This document shows, piece after piece, positions 7,569 to 16,285 of a stretch of 33,830 nucleotides of DNA. Location of the stretch: IMG/VR virus record IMGVR_UViG_3300010966_000050; one strand, given 5' to 3'. The first letter of the stretch is position 1, and each line of letters starts with the position of its first letter. The notes below the pieces were generated by a model. It saw only the letters and a list, made by a program, of their open reading frames with translations, was not told the origin of the DNA and searched no databases. The translations under genes and the position numbers were made by a program. This stretch comes from a virus.

Positions 7569-9503
7569 ATGTCAAAAAATCAAGATTTAGGGGAATTAAT
7601 TAATGGGATTAAGTCATTAGGCACTAATCAGCTAAATGCACCTGCATATACATCAGCCACGGCATTTACAGGCACAATTGCTGGTTATCTTGGATTTGAT
7701 ACAAGCGGAAATATTTTAACATCAGCAGGTGCGAGTCAGTGGATTACAACAGGTTCAAATATTTATTATAATACAGGTAATGTTGGTATTGGAATATCAA
7801 ATCCATCTGCAATTTTAAGTATTCAATCTGCTCAGCCTGATATTTCTGTAACATATACGGATTCAACATCTTACGGGAGATTAATTTTTAAGGAAAATAC
7901 AACAGAAAAAGGTGCATTTCAGTTTGTTGGTTCATCATATAGTGAAATAATAAGAAGAAATGCATTAGAAATTTATAATGTTGTTGCTGGACCTATTATT
8001 ATGTATAATAGTGGTGGATTAGAAAGATTAAGAATTTCAGCATCAGGTAATGTAGGTATTGGAACTAATAATCCATCTGCTAAATTACAAGTTGTTGGAA
8101 TTGCTGCAATAGGTCAATATACAAACGGAACATCAGTAATTGATGCATACGATAGTTTTGCTTTTTACGGTTGCAATACAGCATCAAATGGAATTGCTAT
8201 TGGTCCAAGCGGTACCGTATCAATAGGAAACACCAGCACAGCTTATAAATTAAATATTTCAGGTGATGTAAATATCACTGGAACATATCGTGTAAATGGA
8301 ACACCAATTGGAACAGGAGGCGGTGGGGTTTCAGGTTCAGGTTCCACAAATTATATTTCTAAATGGTCAGGAACAACGGCCCTAACAAATAGCGGTCTTT
8401 ATGAAGATGCTGGTAAATTATCATACGGAACTACATCGCCATTTTATCAATTAGATTGGAAAATTAAAAGTAATGTTCAAATTGGATTTGGATATGGTAC
8501 GGTATATTCTGCTGATGATAGTGCAGGATTAGTCGCACACGGTGGTGGTGGTATTTCTAACACAATTCCTATTGGATTTGCTGCGTCAACTTTCTTATTT
8601 TATATTGGATTTACAGAGGCAATGCGAATTAATACATCAAGAAATTTATTAATTAATACGACAGGTGGAATTTCAGGTGGTGGTGCAGTGCAGGTTGATG
8701 GTGATGTAAACGTAACAGGAACATTCAAAGTAAACGGTGTACAATACAGCACAGGTGGAGGCGGCGGTAATATATCAGGTGCAGGTACGGCAAATTATAT
8801 TCCAAAATTTACAGGTAGCACATCAATTGGTGATTCTGCAATGTGGGATAATAATAATTATAGCATTCACCTTGGAATGACAAGTTTTACGGGAACAGGT
8901 GGTGACCCTGAAAGGTACATTGCTATTTATGGGCCAAATAGTTCAGGTATTATTTTTAAAGGTGACACAAGCGATAGTCAGGCAACATCGTTTATTAAAC
9001 GCACAAATGGCGCGGGTAATTTAACTATGTATGATACCCGTGAAGTTTATTTGCAAGCAAGTTCATCAAATTATTTTAAAATGAACGGCAGCGGAGTAGG
9101 TATTAACGTACAGCCAACAGGAACACCTTATGTTTTTATGTTGCCAAATAATTATTTGCAGGCTGCAATTGCCTTTTCATGGTACACGTATTCCGATGGT
9201 CGTGTGAAAGGTGATATTGAGGAAATAGAATACGGCATTAATGAAGTGATGAAAATGAAGCCTGTTAAATACAAGCATTATTCATCGGTATTTGAAAACA
9301 ATAAATTTAATTTAGGTGATAAATACACCAATGAAATTGGATTTGTGGCACAGGACATGGACAAAATTATCAAAGAAGCGGTAAATCGTGGGAATGATTC
9401 TGAGTTGTGGTCATTAGACAAAAGCAAATTGATTCCTGTACTTGTGAAAGCGGTTCAAGAATTGAAAGCTGAATTAGATGAATTGAAACAAAATAATGCC
9501 TAA
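7569..9503 (+). CDS. Tail fibre protein 2 (644 aa) with a C-terminal S74 intramolecular chaperone domain
   Basis: ERLRISASGNVGIGTNNP motif. Two internal copies of GDVN(I/V)TGT(Y/F)(R/K)VNG....GGGG....NYI.K(W/F).G. The C-terminus reads SDGRVKGDIEEIEYGINEVMKMKPVKYKHY....EIGFVAQDM plus a coiled coil. Confidence 0.9.
   Translation: MSKNQDLGELINGIKSLGTNQLNAPAYTSATAFTGTIAGYLGFDTSGNILTSAGASQWITTGSNIYYNTGNVGIGISNPSAILSIQSAQPDISVTYTDSTSYGRLIFKENTTEKGAFQFVGSSYSEIIRRNALEIYNVVAGPIIMYNSGGLERLRISASGNVGIGTNNPSAKLQVVGIAAIGQYTNGTSVIDAYDSFAFYGCNTASNGIAIGPSGTVSIGNTSTAYKLNISGDVNITGTYRVNGTPIGTGGGGVSGSGSTNYISKWSGTTALTNSGLYEDAGKLSYGTTSPFYQLDWKIKSNVQIGFGYGTVYSADDSAGLVAHGGGGISNTIPIGFAASTFLFYIGFTEAMRINTSRNLLINTTGGISGGGAVQVDGDVNVTGTFKVNGVQYSTGGGGGNISGAGTANYIPKFTGSTSIGDSAMWDNNNYSIHLGMTSFTGTGGDPERYIAIYGPNSSGIIFKGDTSDSQATSFIKRTNGAGNLTMYDTREVYLQASSSNYFKMNGSGVGINVQPTGTPYVFMLPNNYLQAAIAFSWYTYSDGRVKGDIEEIEYGINEVMKMKPVKYKHYSSVFENNKFNLGDKYTNEIGFVAQDMDKIIKEAVNRGNDSELWSLDKSKLIPVLVKAVQELKAELDELKQNNA
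9192..9500 (+). other. Peptidase_S74-type intramolecular chaperone domain of fibre 2
   Basis: The last 103 aa begin at SDGRVKG and show the same block order as the fibre 1 C-terminus. Confidence 0.75.
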
Positions 9504-9532
9504 TTTTGGGTAAACCTAAACATATAAGTAAA

Positions 9533-9934
9533 ATGGAAAAAAGTTATGCAGATTTGTTCCTATTAGTGGCACACCTTAACAACAACGTAAAGGATGCAAA
9601 AACAAAAGGACAAAAGAAATTAGTAAAAATTGCCGAGAAAGTAAAAGCCAAGTTGGATGAATACAACGAAAAGGCTGAGGATTTACGATTGGATAATGCA
9701 TCAGTTGACAAAGATGGCAATCTAATCCTAAACGAAAAGGGTGGATACAATTTCACCAAAGATGGATTGAAAAAATTAAACCAGCAATCAAAGGAATTGA
9801 ACTTATCATCATTCAAGTTTGAGCCGATTATCGTATCTGCTCCCGAAGGATTAGAGGGATTTCATTTCTTAGAGGGTTGGGTGTCAGGAGTTACATTTAC
9901 AAAAATAGATAAAATCGAAGATGTCGAATTATAG
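9533..9934 (+). CDS. Hypothetical Lys-rich protein
   Basis: Open frame. I prefer the ATG at 9533 (MEKSYADL...) to the TTG at 9506 used by the track. No family recognised. Confidence 0.6.
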   Translation: MEKSYADLFLLVAHLNNNVKDAKTKGQKKLVKIAEKVKAKLDEYNEKAEDLRLDNASVDKDGNLILNEKGGYNFTKDGLKKLNQQSKELNLSSFKFEPIIVSAPEGLEGFHFLEGWVSGVTFTKIDKIEDVEL

Positions 9935-10298
9935 AAATGTTGAACCATCTGAAATTACCTACGCATGGGTAATTAGTCAGCTTGATTGCGCACCATCTTA
10001 TGAGGGTATGCAGGATTATGTTGTCACCGTTCATTGGCGGTACACAGCATCGTTTGAAACTTATTTCACCGATATTTACGGTGCGCAAAGTTACAGCGAA
10101 GTTGCTGGCCCTGATTTCATTCCTTACGCAGATTTGACTGAGGATGTTGTCATCGGATGGTTAGAGTCATCATTGGATGTACCACAGATGCAAGCAGGTT
10201 TGGCACAATCAATTGAAAATTTGATTAACCCACCTGTAATTGTTTTACCATTACCTTGGGTAAATCCTGAACCAACGGAGCCGATAGTAAATATTTAA
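9921..10298 (+). CDS. Hypothetical structural-module protein
   Basis: ATG start with a 14-nt overlap on the upstream gene and a TAATG overlap on the downstream gene. No family recognised. Confidence 0.6.
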   Translation: MSNYRNVEPSEITYAWVISQLDCAPSYEGMQDYVVTVHWRYTASFETYFTDIYGAQSYSEVAGPDFIPYADLTEDVVIGWLESSLDVPQMQAGLAQSIENLINPPVIVLPLPWVNPEPTEPIVNI

Positions 10299-10747
10299 TG
10301 GCAGTTATATCCGGAAATCATTTAGTCGTTTACGATAACGATATGGCACTAGGGCATTCTACGTCCTGTGCTATTTCGTTTAATATGAATGTTGCAGAAG
10401 CGACAAGCAAAGCGTCTGAAGGATGGAAAGAAGTTTTAGCCGGAACAAGACAGGCAACCATTAAAGTTGAGGCATTAGTTGATTATTCACAGACCCAAAA
10501 TTATAATGAATGGGTTACACAGATAATCACCCGAAAATATACCAAATGGGTATTTAAAGATGCAACTTCTTTTTATTTAGGAGGCGGTTATGTTTTAAGC
10601 TGTGAACAGGTGGCTGATTTTGAAGACGTGGACAAATATTCAATTGAAATACAAATTGATGGCCGAGTTTACGTTGAACCAAGACTGCCTTGGAATTTAG
10701 TTTTCACTAATTGGGAAAATGTAAATATCAACTGGGAAAATGTGTAA
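10298..10747 (+). CDS. Major-tail-protein paralog A (TP901-1-like tube protein fold)
   Basis: LGHSTSCAISFNMNVAEATSKASEGWKEVLAGTRQATIKVEALVDYS aligns with the equivalent stretch of the next gene. Confidence 0.6.
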   Translation: MAVISGNHLVVYDNDMALGHSTSCAISFNMNVAEATSKASEGWKEVLAGTRQATIKVEALVDYSQTQNYNEWVTQIITRKYTKWVFKDATSFYLGGGYVLSCEQVADFEDVDKYSIEIQIDGRVYVEPRLPWNLVFTNWENVNINWENV

Positions 10748-10757
10748 TGTAATTTCA

Positions 10758-10765
10758 TATATTTG
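10758..10765 (+). promoter_or_regulatory. Bacteroidota-type -7 box TATATTTG (TAnnTTTG)
   Basis: Perfect match to TAnnTTTG in the 49-nt gap before the major tail protein gene, 31 nt upstream of its ATG. Confidence 0.45.
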
Positions 10766-10796
10766 TCAAAAGAAAACGAAATAATTTAATAGCAAT

Positions 10797-11207
10797 ATGG
10801 CAACATCAGGAGTATTTAACGGAACGAACCTTTTATTAAAAGTTGAGGACGTAGTTATCGGACACACAACATCGTGTACATTATCAATCAGCCACGATAT
10901 CGCTGACGCAACAACTAAGGATTCCGAAGGTTGGTCAGAAGGTATTTCAGGCTTGCGTTCAGGTGAAATTTCATTTGACGGCTTAGTTGATTATACTGAT
11001 GCAACAAACGTAATTGATTTGTTCGATATGATTGCAAACCGTACAATCGTTACTTGTAAGTTTGGAACGGTTGCAGCTGGCGATACTGTTCTTTCTGCTG
11101 AGGGATATTTAACTTCATTAGAGCAAACAGGTGAAATGGAAGCGTCTGTAACTTACAGCGGTTCAATCACTTTGACAGGAGCAATCAGCAAAGCAACAAA
11201 CCCGTAA
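10797..11207 (+). CDS. Major tail (tube) protein, TP901-1-like
   Basis: The pattern IGHTTSCTLSISHDIADATTKDSEGWSEGISGLRSGEISFDGLVDY is typical of TP901-1-family major tail proteins. The gene has its own -7 box and a strong terminator. It lies upstream of the chaperone and tape measure genes. Confidence 0.8.
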   Translation: MATSGVFNGTNLLLKVEDVVIGHTTSCTLSISHDIADATTKDSEGWSEGISGLRSGEISFDGLVDYTDATNVIDLFDMIANRTIVTCKFGTVAAGDTVLSAEGYLTSLEQTGEMEASVTYSGSITLTGAISKATNP

Positions 11208-11230
11208 TTTAATTACGTGTGAATATAATG

Positions 11231-11263
11231 ACCCGACATCAATAAAAACGGTGTCGGGTTTTA
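11231..11263 (+). terminator. Intrinsic terminator after the major tail protein gene
   Basis: An 8-bp stem pairs ACCCGACA (11231-11238) with TGTCGGGT (11252-11259), with a 13-nt loop, followed by TTTT. Confidence 0.75.
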
Positions 11264-11287
11264 AACTTTAATCTAACTAATAAAACA

Positions 11288-11680
11288 ATGAACACAAATC
11301 CACAACGTGGGTACTATCAACTTGAAATTGGTGGTAAAACCCGCACGCTTCATTTTTCAATGAATTTTTGGGCAGCTTTCGAACAGGCTACCGGTTTTTC
11401 TATTTCACAGCTAGGTGAGTTATTTGCAAATGGCATCAGCTTGATGACTATTCGTGGTATTATTTATGCCGGACTTGTTGCTTATGACCAAGAAGAAAAT
11501 AACGATATTGACTACACTCTTTACTCGGTAGGAAATTGGATGGAAGATGTTACACCTGAAATGATTGATGGAATTAGCCAAGCTATGATGTCATCTAAAA
11601 TTTTAGGTATGGACTTAAACGCAGGTGTTCGTAGAAACGTTACTAAATCTACAAAAAACCCAAAGCAGAAGACCCAATAA
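11288..11680 (+). CDS. Tail assembly chaperone (gpG analogue)
   Basis: Position between the major tail protein and the tape measure. The protein is 130 aa. A slippery heptamer lies near its 3' end. Confidence 0.8.
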   Translation: MNTNPQRGYYQLEIGGKTRTLHFSMNFWAAFEQATGFSISQLGELFANGISLMTIRGIIYAGLVAYDQEENNDIDYTLYSVGNWMEDVTPEMIDGISQAMMSSKILGMDLNAGVRRNVTKSTKNPKQKTQ

Positions 11681-11997
11681 CGTGGGACACATTGCTTGAT
11701 TTTTACATTGGTCAGGCAGGTATCCCACCCGAGAGATTTTGGCGAAATACATGGAGGGAAAATGCGTTGTTGGGTGAAAGTTGGACAATCAATGTAAACT
11801 TACAATGGGAAATGACTCGCTACATTAGTCATATGGTATTTAATACCAAAGCAACTAAACGTAGTCAAATTATTACACCTGATAAGCTATTTCCGTTGCC
11901 GCAAGATATTATGTTGCGTAAAGGTGAAGCAAAAAGCACACCGGAGCAGCTTAAAGAATTTATGGATAAAATTGCAAAAAGTCAGGCTAAGAAATAG
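11288..11997 (+). CDS. Tail assembly chaperone G-T fusion made by a -1 frameshift at 11653-11659 (about 236 aa)
   Basis: This is the 0 frame through 11659 followed by the -1 frame from 11659 to 11994. I found no stop between the slip site and the track ORF at 11692. Confidence 0.7.
11653..11659 (+). promoter_or_regulatory. Programmed -1 ribosomal frameshift slippery site A_AAA_AAC
   Basis: The zero-frame codons are ACA AAA AAC (T-K-N). The heptamer is correctly phased. The -1 frame is open from 11653 to the TAG at 11995-11997. Confidence 0.75.
11692..11997 (+). CDS. T-frame segment of the tail assembly chaperone, probably expressed only through the frameshift
   Basis: The track ORF begins at a TTG with no independent ATG. 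Its frame is -1 relative to 11288-11680. Confidence 0.6.
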   Translation: MLDFYIGQAGIPPERFWRNTWRENALLGESWTINVNLQWEMTRYISHMVFNTKATKRSQIITPDKLFPLPQDIMLRKGEAKSTPEQLKEFMDKIAKSQAKK

Positions 11998-12023
11998 CTT
12001 GGCTTTTTTCATAACTTTACACT

Positions 12024-14189
12024 ATGGCAGAGAACATACTAAAACTTCTAATAACCGGTGATGCAGCCGATTTAGATAAAGAACTTTCGAGTGTTGACAA
12101 ACGGTTACAAAAACTTGGTGAACAGACTAAACGTCTTGGTGAACGTCTATCATTAAGTTTGACTGCTCCATTAGCAATTGCAGGAACGGCAGCTGTAAAA
12201 CTTGCTTCTGACTTTGACGAGTCAATGAACAAGGTAAATGTTGCCTTTAAAGATTCAGCAAAAGAGGTTGTTGCTTTCTCAAAAACTACGTTAAAATCCT
12301 TTGGTATTGCACAAGGTACTGCATTAGATATGGCAGCTCAGTTTGGCGATATGAGTACGTCAATGGGTTTAAGTACAGGTCAAGCATCAAAATTATCTAC
12401 TGGTTTAGTTGGATTAGCAGGTGATTTAGCATCTTTTAAAAACATGAACATTGAGGAGGTTACGACTGCCTTAAATGGTGTTTTTACAGGTGAAACTGAA
12501 TCATTAAAAAGATTAGGTGTTGTAATGACCGAGGACAACCTGAAAAGGTATGCAATGTCTCAAGGTATTAAAGCTAATATTAAAGACTTAGACGAAAGTC
12601 AAAAAGTGTTATTGCGTTACAATTATGTAATGGCAAAGACAGCAAATGCACACGGAGATTTTGAAAGAACAGGAGGCGGTGCTGCAAACCAAATGCGTCA
12701 ATTTAGTGAATCATTAAAAGAATTAGGAACACAATTCGGGCAAACCGTTTTACCTGCTGTAACTGCCGTTATTAAGGTACTTAATAGCATGCTTGCAAAA
12801 ATTGGTGAATTATCCCCTGCTACAAAAACATTTGTAATGATAGCCGGTGGTATTGCTGCACTTACTGGTCCTTTATTATATTTGGCAGGTTCAGTTATTC
12901 CTAAAATGGTTGTTGCAATGAAATTGCTTAATGCTCAAATGTTAAAATTTGGCACGACTATTGGAAAGGCAGGAATGTTTGGAATACTTACCGGATTGTT
13001 AGGTGTTGCAGCTACGGCAGCTTATGATTATGCCGAAGCAATGACACCAAATGCAAAGTTTGCAGCACAACAAAAAGATGATGCAGATGCTATTCGTGAG
13101 AAAAATAAAGAGATTTATAAAACGATTGAATATTTAAAACAACAAAAACAAAATACTGCAACTACTGCTAAAACAGGACCAAATGCGCAACAAGGAACAT
13201 TTGGTGGTGGTTTTCAAGCACAAATTGACCAACAAGTCAGAGTTTTAAAATATAATCGTCAAAAATTAAAAGAAGCAGAAGCGAAAGCTGCAAAAGATTT
13301 AGCTGGTAGTGGCAACCTTGCTGATTTAAAACCTACTGGACCAAAAGGAAATGGTCAAGCAACAAAAGAGCAATTTGGTTTAGCCGGTGAAATTCAAACA
13401 TTAGCGGATAAAATTGCTGATGCTCGTAAAGAAACACTTGCCTTAAAAAATGAATTTTTAAACCTTAGATGGCCATCATTAGGTGACCCATTAAAGGCAT
13501 TAGATTTTAATGTTGATAAAATTACAGAAAAGATTAAAACACCTTTTCAAATAATGAATCAACAAATTTCTGCAAATGCTAAGGTTCAGCAAGAAGAATT
13601 AACAATGTTACAAGATTCATATAAAACCTATATGGGCAATGCTCAGGTTTTAGCTGATGGTCTTGGTCAGATGTTTTCTAATTTAGGTGCAGGATTAATT
13701 GATTCATTAGGATTAGCAAAAGATGGAATCGAAGGAATTATTGCAGCAATGGCTAAAATGTTGTTACAACTAGGAATTGGATTGCTACAAGAGGCAATTA
13801 TCAATAAAGCAAAACAGGCATTCTTGCGTAAAACAGCAATGACAAATGCAATCGTTGCCGGTTCATCTGCGGCAGCTTCAATGGGTCCAGCAGGTGTAAT
13901 TGCCTTGCCGGGTCTTATCGCCGGTGCTATGGGTACCGTAGGTGCTGCATTAGCAGGTGTTCAGGCTTTTGCAAAAGGTGGTATTGTTAGTGGCCCTACA
14001 ATGGGTTTAGTTGGTGAGTATCCGGGAGCAAAATCAAATCCGGAAGTAATTGCACCGTTAAACAAATTGCAAGGAATGCTAGACCAAGGGAACCAAGGTG
14101 GTATATTAGGTGGTGAATTTAAAGTACGTGGTCAAGACCTTTTATTAGTAATGCAACGTGCAGAAAAAGAACGTAACAGAATAGGATAA
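12024..14189 (+). CDS. Tail tape measure protein (721 aa)
   Basis: Position after the G/G-T pair. The TP901-type core reads VAFSKTTLKSFGIAQGTALDMAAQFGDM. The protein has Ala/Gly-rich hydrophobic segments and long coiled coils. Confidence 0.9.
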   Translation: MAENILKLLITGDAADLDKELSSVDKRLQKLGEQTKRLGERLSLSLTAPLAIAGTAAVKLASDFDESMNKVNVAFKDSAKEVVAFSKTTLKSFGIAQGTALDMAAQFGDMSTSMGLSTGQASKLSTGLVGLAGDLASFKNMNIEEVTTALNGVFTGETESLKRLGVVMTEDNLKRYAMSQGIKANIKDLDESQKVLLRYNYVMAKTANAHGDFERTGGGAANQMRQFSESLKELGTQFGQTVLPAVTAVIKVLNSMLAKIGELSPATKTFVMIAGGIAALTGPLLYLAGSVIPKMVVAMKLLNAQMLKFGTTIGKAGMFGILTGLLGVAATAAYDYAEAMTPNAKFAAQQKDDADAIREKNKEIYKTIEYLKQQKQNTATTAKTGPNAQQGTFGGGFQAQIDQQVRVLKYNRQKLKEAEAKAAKDLAGSGNLADLKPTGPKGNGQATKEQFGLAGEIQTLADKIADARKETLALKNEFLNLRWPSLGDPLKALDFNVDKITEKIKTPFQIMNQQISANAKVQQEELTMLQDSYKTYMGNAQVLADGLGQMFSNLGAGLIDSLGLAKDGIEGIIAAMAKMLLQLGIGLLQEAIINKAKQAFLRKTAMTNAIVAGSSAAASMGPAGVIALPGLIAGAMGTVGAALAGVQAFAKGGIVSGPTMGLVGEYPGAKSNPEVIAPLNKLQGMLDQGNQGGILGGEFKVRGQDLLLVMQRAEKERNRIG

Positions 14190-16123
14190 TGGCATACAAT
14201 ACAAAATATCGTTTAGATTTCTCTGACGTACAAGGTCATAAGCGCAGGGTTGAAATCCTAAAAAAAGATTACGGTGGAGGTGTCTTGCCAATGATTGGTA
14301 CTGACGAGCCTGTTGTAATTGAATGGAAAGCTGACGATGATTTTTATGAGCCACTAATTGGTTCAACTTGCACGTTAAATTTAATGGTAACGGATGACGT
14401 TACCTATGATGAATTTTACCTATATGACGAAAAAGAATATACAGTAAAAGTATTTTATGAATCGTCTGCCGGTGTTTATACTTTGTATTGGAATGGATGG
14501 ATTGCAAACGATATTTATTCAGAAGCAATAACTTCAACACCTTATGCAATTACAATTAACGCAAATGATGGTCTTGGAACCTTAGAAGGAAACAACACTT
14601 GGATTCCTGCCGTTGGTGCTTCAACTCCTTCGTTATGGCAATTTGTTTACAATAATTTAGCGTACATCGGTTTAGACTTTGAGATTTGGATTAGTTGTGA
14701 TATTCGCACTTCGTCTTCTTCTTTATGGTCAAATATTTTTGCAGATATTTTAGTTCGCAAACAAGCAATGTTTCACGATAGCTACATTATACATAATGCA
14801 AAAGATGTTTTACGTTCTATTTTATTAGGATTAAACTGCAAGATTTATCAGTCATATGGACGTTGGATTATTGCAAACGCATCAAGTTATGGTGACCAAA
14901 GAATTATTAGTGGAATACAAGACGGTTCATTATCAGGAGCAGGTATATTGGCTGCAAAACAGGGTTATTTAAACTCGGGTAGTGAAGATATTAAGTTCGA
15001 GATTTATAATGCAGCAGGAGCGAATACAGGTGGTTCTACGGCTAACTATTTGCGTATTGTTCCAAGTTATTTTAAGGCAATCAATAATAACTTATCAAGA
15101 GTTGTTCGAAGACCGGTTAAAAAATATCAAGAGATTGTTGACATTAGCCAAAAGAAATTGGACCTAAATAACAATGCTTCATTTGAATTTGGAACAGAAA
15201 ATTGGATTGTTGATACGGGCACAATTGGTACAATTGGTGTACCTTTTGCCGGATTAACTGCCTTGTCATTTATTGAGCAAACAAATAATTCAGCAACACG
15301 AACATTAAAGTTTCATTCAAATGATTCTGGTGCTTATATGATTCAAGCCGGTAAATATCAATTTATTTTTTCAATCCGTTTAGAAAATCAGGCTACAACA
15401 AATCGTGAATATTGGTATGTCAAATTAGTAGGTCAAACAAGCGGAAATACTTGGTATTGGGACAACGCTAATAAAGGTTGGAATTTAGGCACTACGATAG
15501 TTTGGAATACAACCGAAGTAACTAATCAAGACAAATACCAGTCGTTTAAATACACGATAGAAGGTGTGCCTGAATATGGATTAGCAACAATTGGTATGAG
15601 TATCCCTTATGTAAATCCGGTTGGTTCCCACGTTCAAACACTTATTGACAACGTAGCTATTCGTTATGTTGACGATGAAATTAATCAGTACGAAACAGTT
15701 TATTTTATAAGAGAGCAATCAGGAAGTTTTATCGCTTCGGATGTAATGGAACATGAGGACGTTTTTCAAGCAAATATACCGGATGGCATCTTTTGGGGTA
15801 ACTTTACTAATATTGACACTTACCGTAGAGCGCAGGACACGTCAAATAAAACAATTGAGGAAATCGTTACGCAGCAGAGGCTAAACGACTTCCGTGAATA
15901 TTGTAAAACATACGAGGGTGATTTGTCATCAGCAAGTCAGTATTTGGTCCTAACGATGATGAATAAATTATGGTTTGACTTTAATACAATGTCGGAAACG
16001 GATTCAGCAATTATGGATTCAATGAAATTCAAGGTAAAATCAAATGAATATTCAGTAATTTGCCACATTCCAAATAATTATACGGACGTAGCGAACAATT
16101 ACAGGGTATCGTATCAGGAATAG
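14189..16123 (+). CDS. Distal tail / tail-tip (baseplate hub-like) protein, family not recognised
   Basis: TAATG coupling to the tape measure gene. The protein is 644 aa. It is the last gene of the late operon and is followed by two terminators. Confidence 0.6.
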   Translation: MAYNTKYRLDFSDVQGHKRRVEILKKDYGGGVLPMIGTDEPVVIEWKADDDFYEPLIGSTCTLNLMVTDDVTYDEFYLYDEKEYTVKVFYESSAGVYTLYWNGWIANDIYSEAITSTPYAITINANDGLGTLEGNNTWIPAVGASTPSLWQFVYNNLAYIGLDFEIWISCDIRTSSSSLWSNIFADILVRKQAMFHDSYIIHNAKDVLRSILLGLNCKIYQSYGRWIIANASSYGDQRIISGIQDGSLSGAGILAAKQGYLNSGSEDIKFEIYNAAGANTGGSTANYLRIVPSYFKAINNNLSRVVRRPVKKYQEIVDISQKKLDLNNNASFEFGTENWIVDTGTIGTIGVPFAGLTALSFIEQTNNSATRTLKFHSNDSGAYMIQAGKYQFIFSIRLENQATTNREYWYVKLVGQTSGNTWYWDNANKGWNLGTTIVWNTTEVTNQDKYQSFKYTIEGVPEYGLATIGMSIPYVNPVGSHVQTLIDNVAIRYVDDEINQYETVYFIREQSGSFIASDVMEHEDVFQANIPDGIFWGNFTNIDTYRRAQDTSNKTIEEIVTQQRLNDFREYCKTYEGDLSSASQYLVLTMMNKLWFDFNTMSETDSAIMDSMKFKVKSNEYSVICHIPNNYTDVANNYRVSYQE

Positions 16124-16140
16124 GTTTAGTTGGGTTTTTG

Positions 16141-16175
16141 TAAATGCACCGGTACATTATCGGTGTATTTATTTG
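16141..16175 (+). terminator. Intrinsic terminator 1 after the tail module
   Basis: 16141-16151 pairs with 16161-16171 (core CACCG/CGGTG, one G-U pair), with a 9-nt loop and a T-rich 3' side. Confidence 0.55.
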
Positions 16176-16192
16176 GTTAGGTTACGGTGTGC

Positions 16193-16233
16193 AGATAGGT
16201 CTTTCTCGTTGAGTTGGACCTATTTTGTTTTTG
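16193..16233 (+). terminator. Intrinsic terminator 2 after the tail module
   Basis: ATAGGTC (16195-16201) pairs with GACCTAT (16217-16223), followed by TTTTGTTTTTG. Confidence 0.55.
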
Positions 16234-16261
16234 TTAATGTTCCCTTAATTGACTTAATCAC

Positions 16262-16269
16262 TAAATTTG
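16262..16269 (+). promoter_or_regulatory. Bacteroidota-type -7 box TAAATTTG
   Basis: Perfect TAnnTTTG, with 16 nt between the box and the ATG at 16286. Confidence 0.5.
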
Positions 16270-16285
16270 GCAAACTAATCGATAG

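Noticed and set aside
3002-9503. Diversity-generating retroelement targeting the fibre genes.
   Set aside because: No reverse transcriptase gene is present anywhere in the genome. I found no template-repeat/variable-repeat pair with adenine-specific differences. The internal repeats are ordinary diverged duplications.
9506-9532. TTG-initiated N-terminal extensions used by the ORF track at 875, 9506, 11692, 17741, 21645, 27749 and 33553.
   Set aside because: In each case an in-frame ATG lies a few codons downstream and gives a tighter junction with the upstream gene. The TTG at 33553 lies inside a TAnnTTTG promoter box. The 11692 ORF is better explained by the -1 frameshift.
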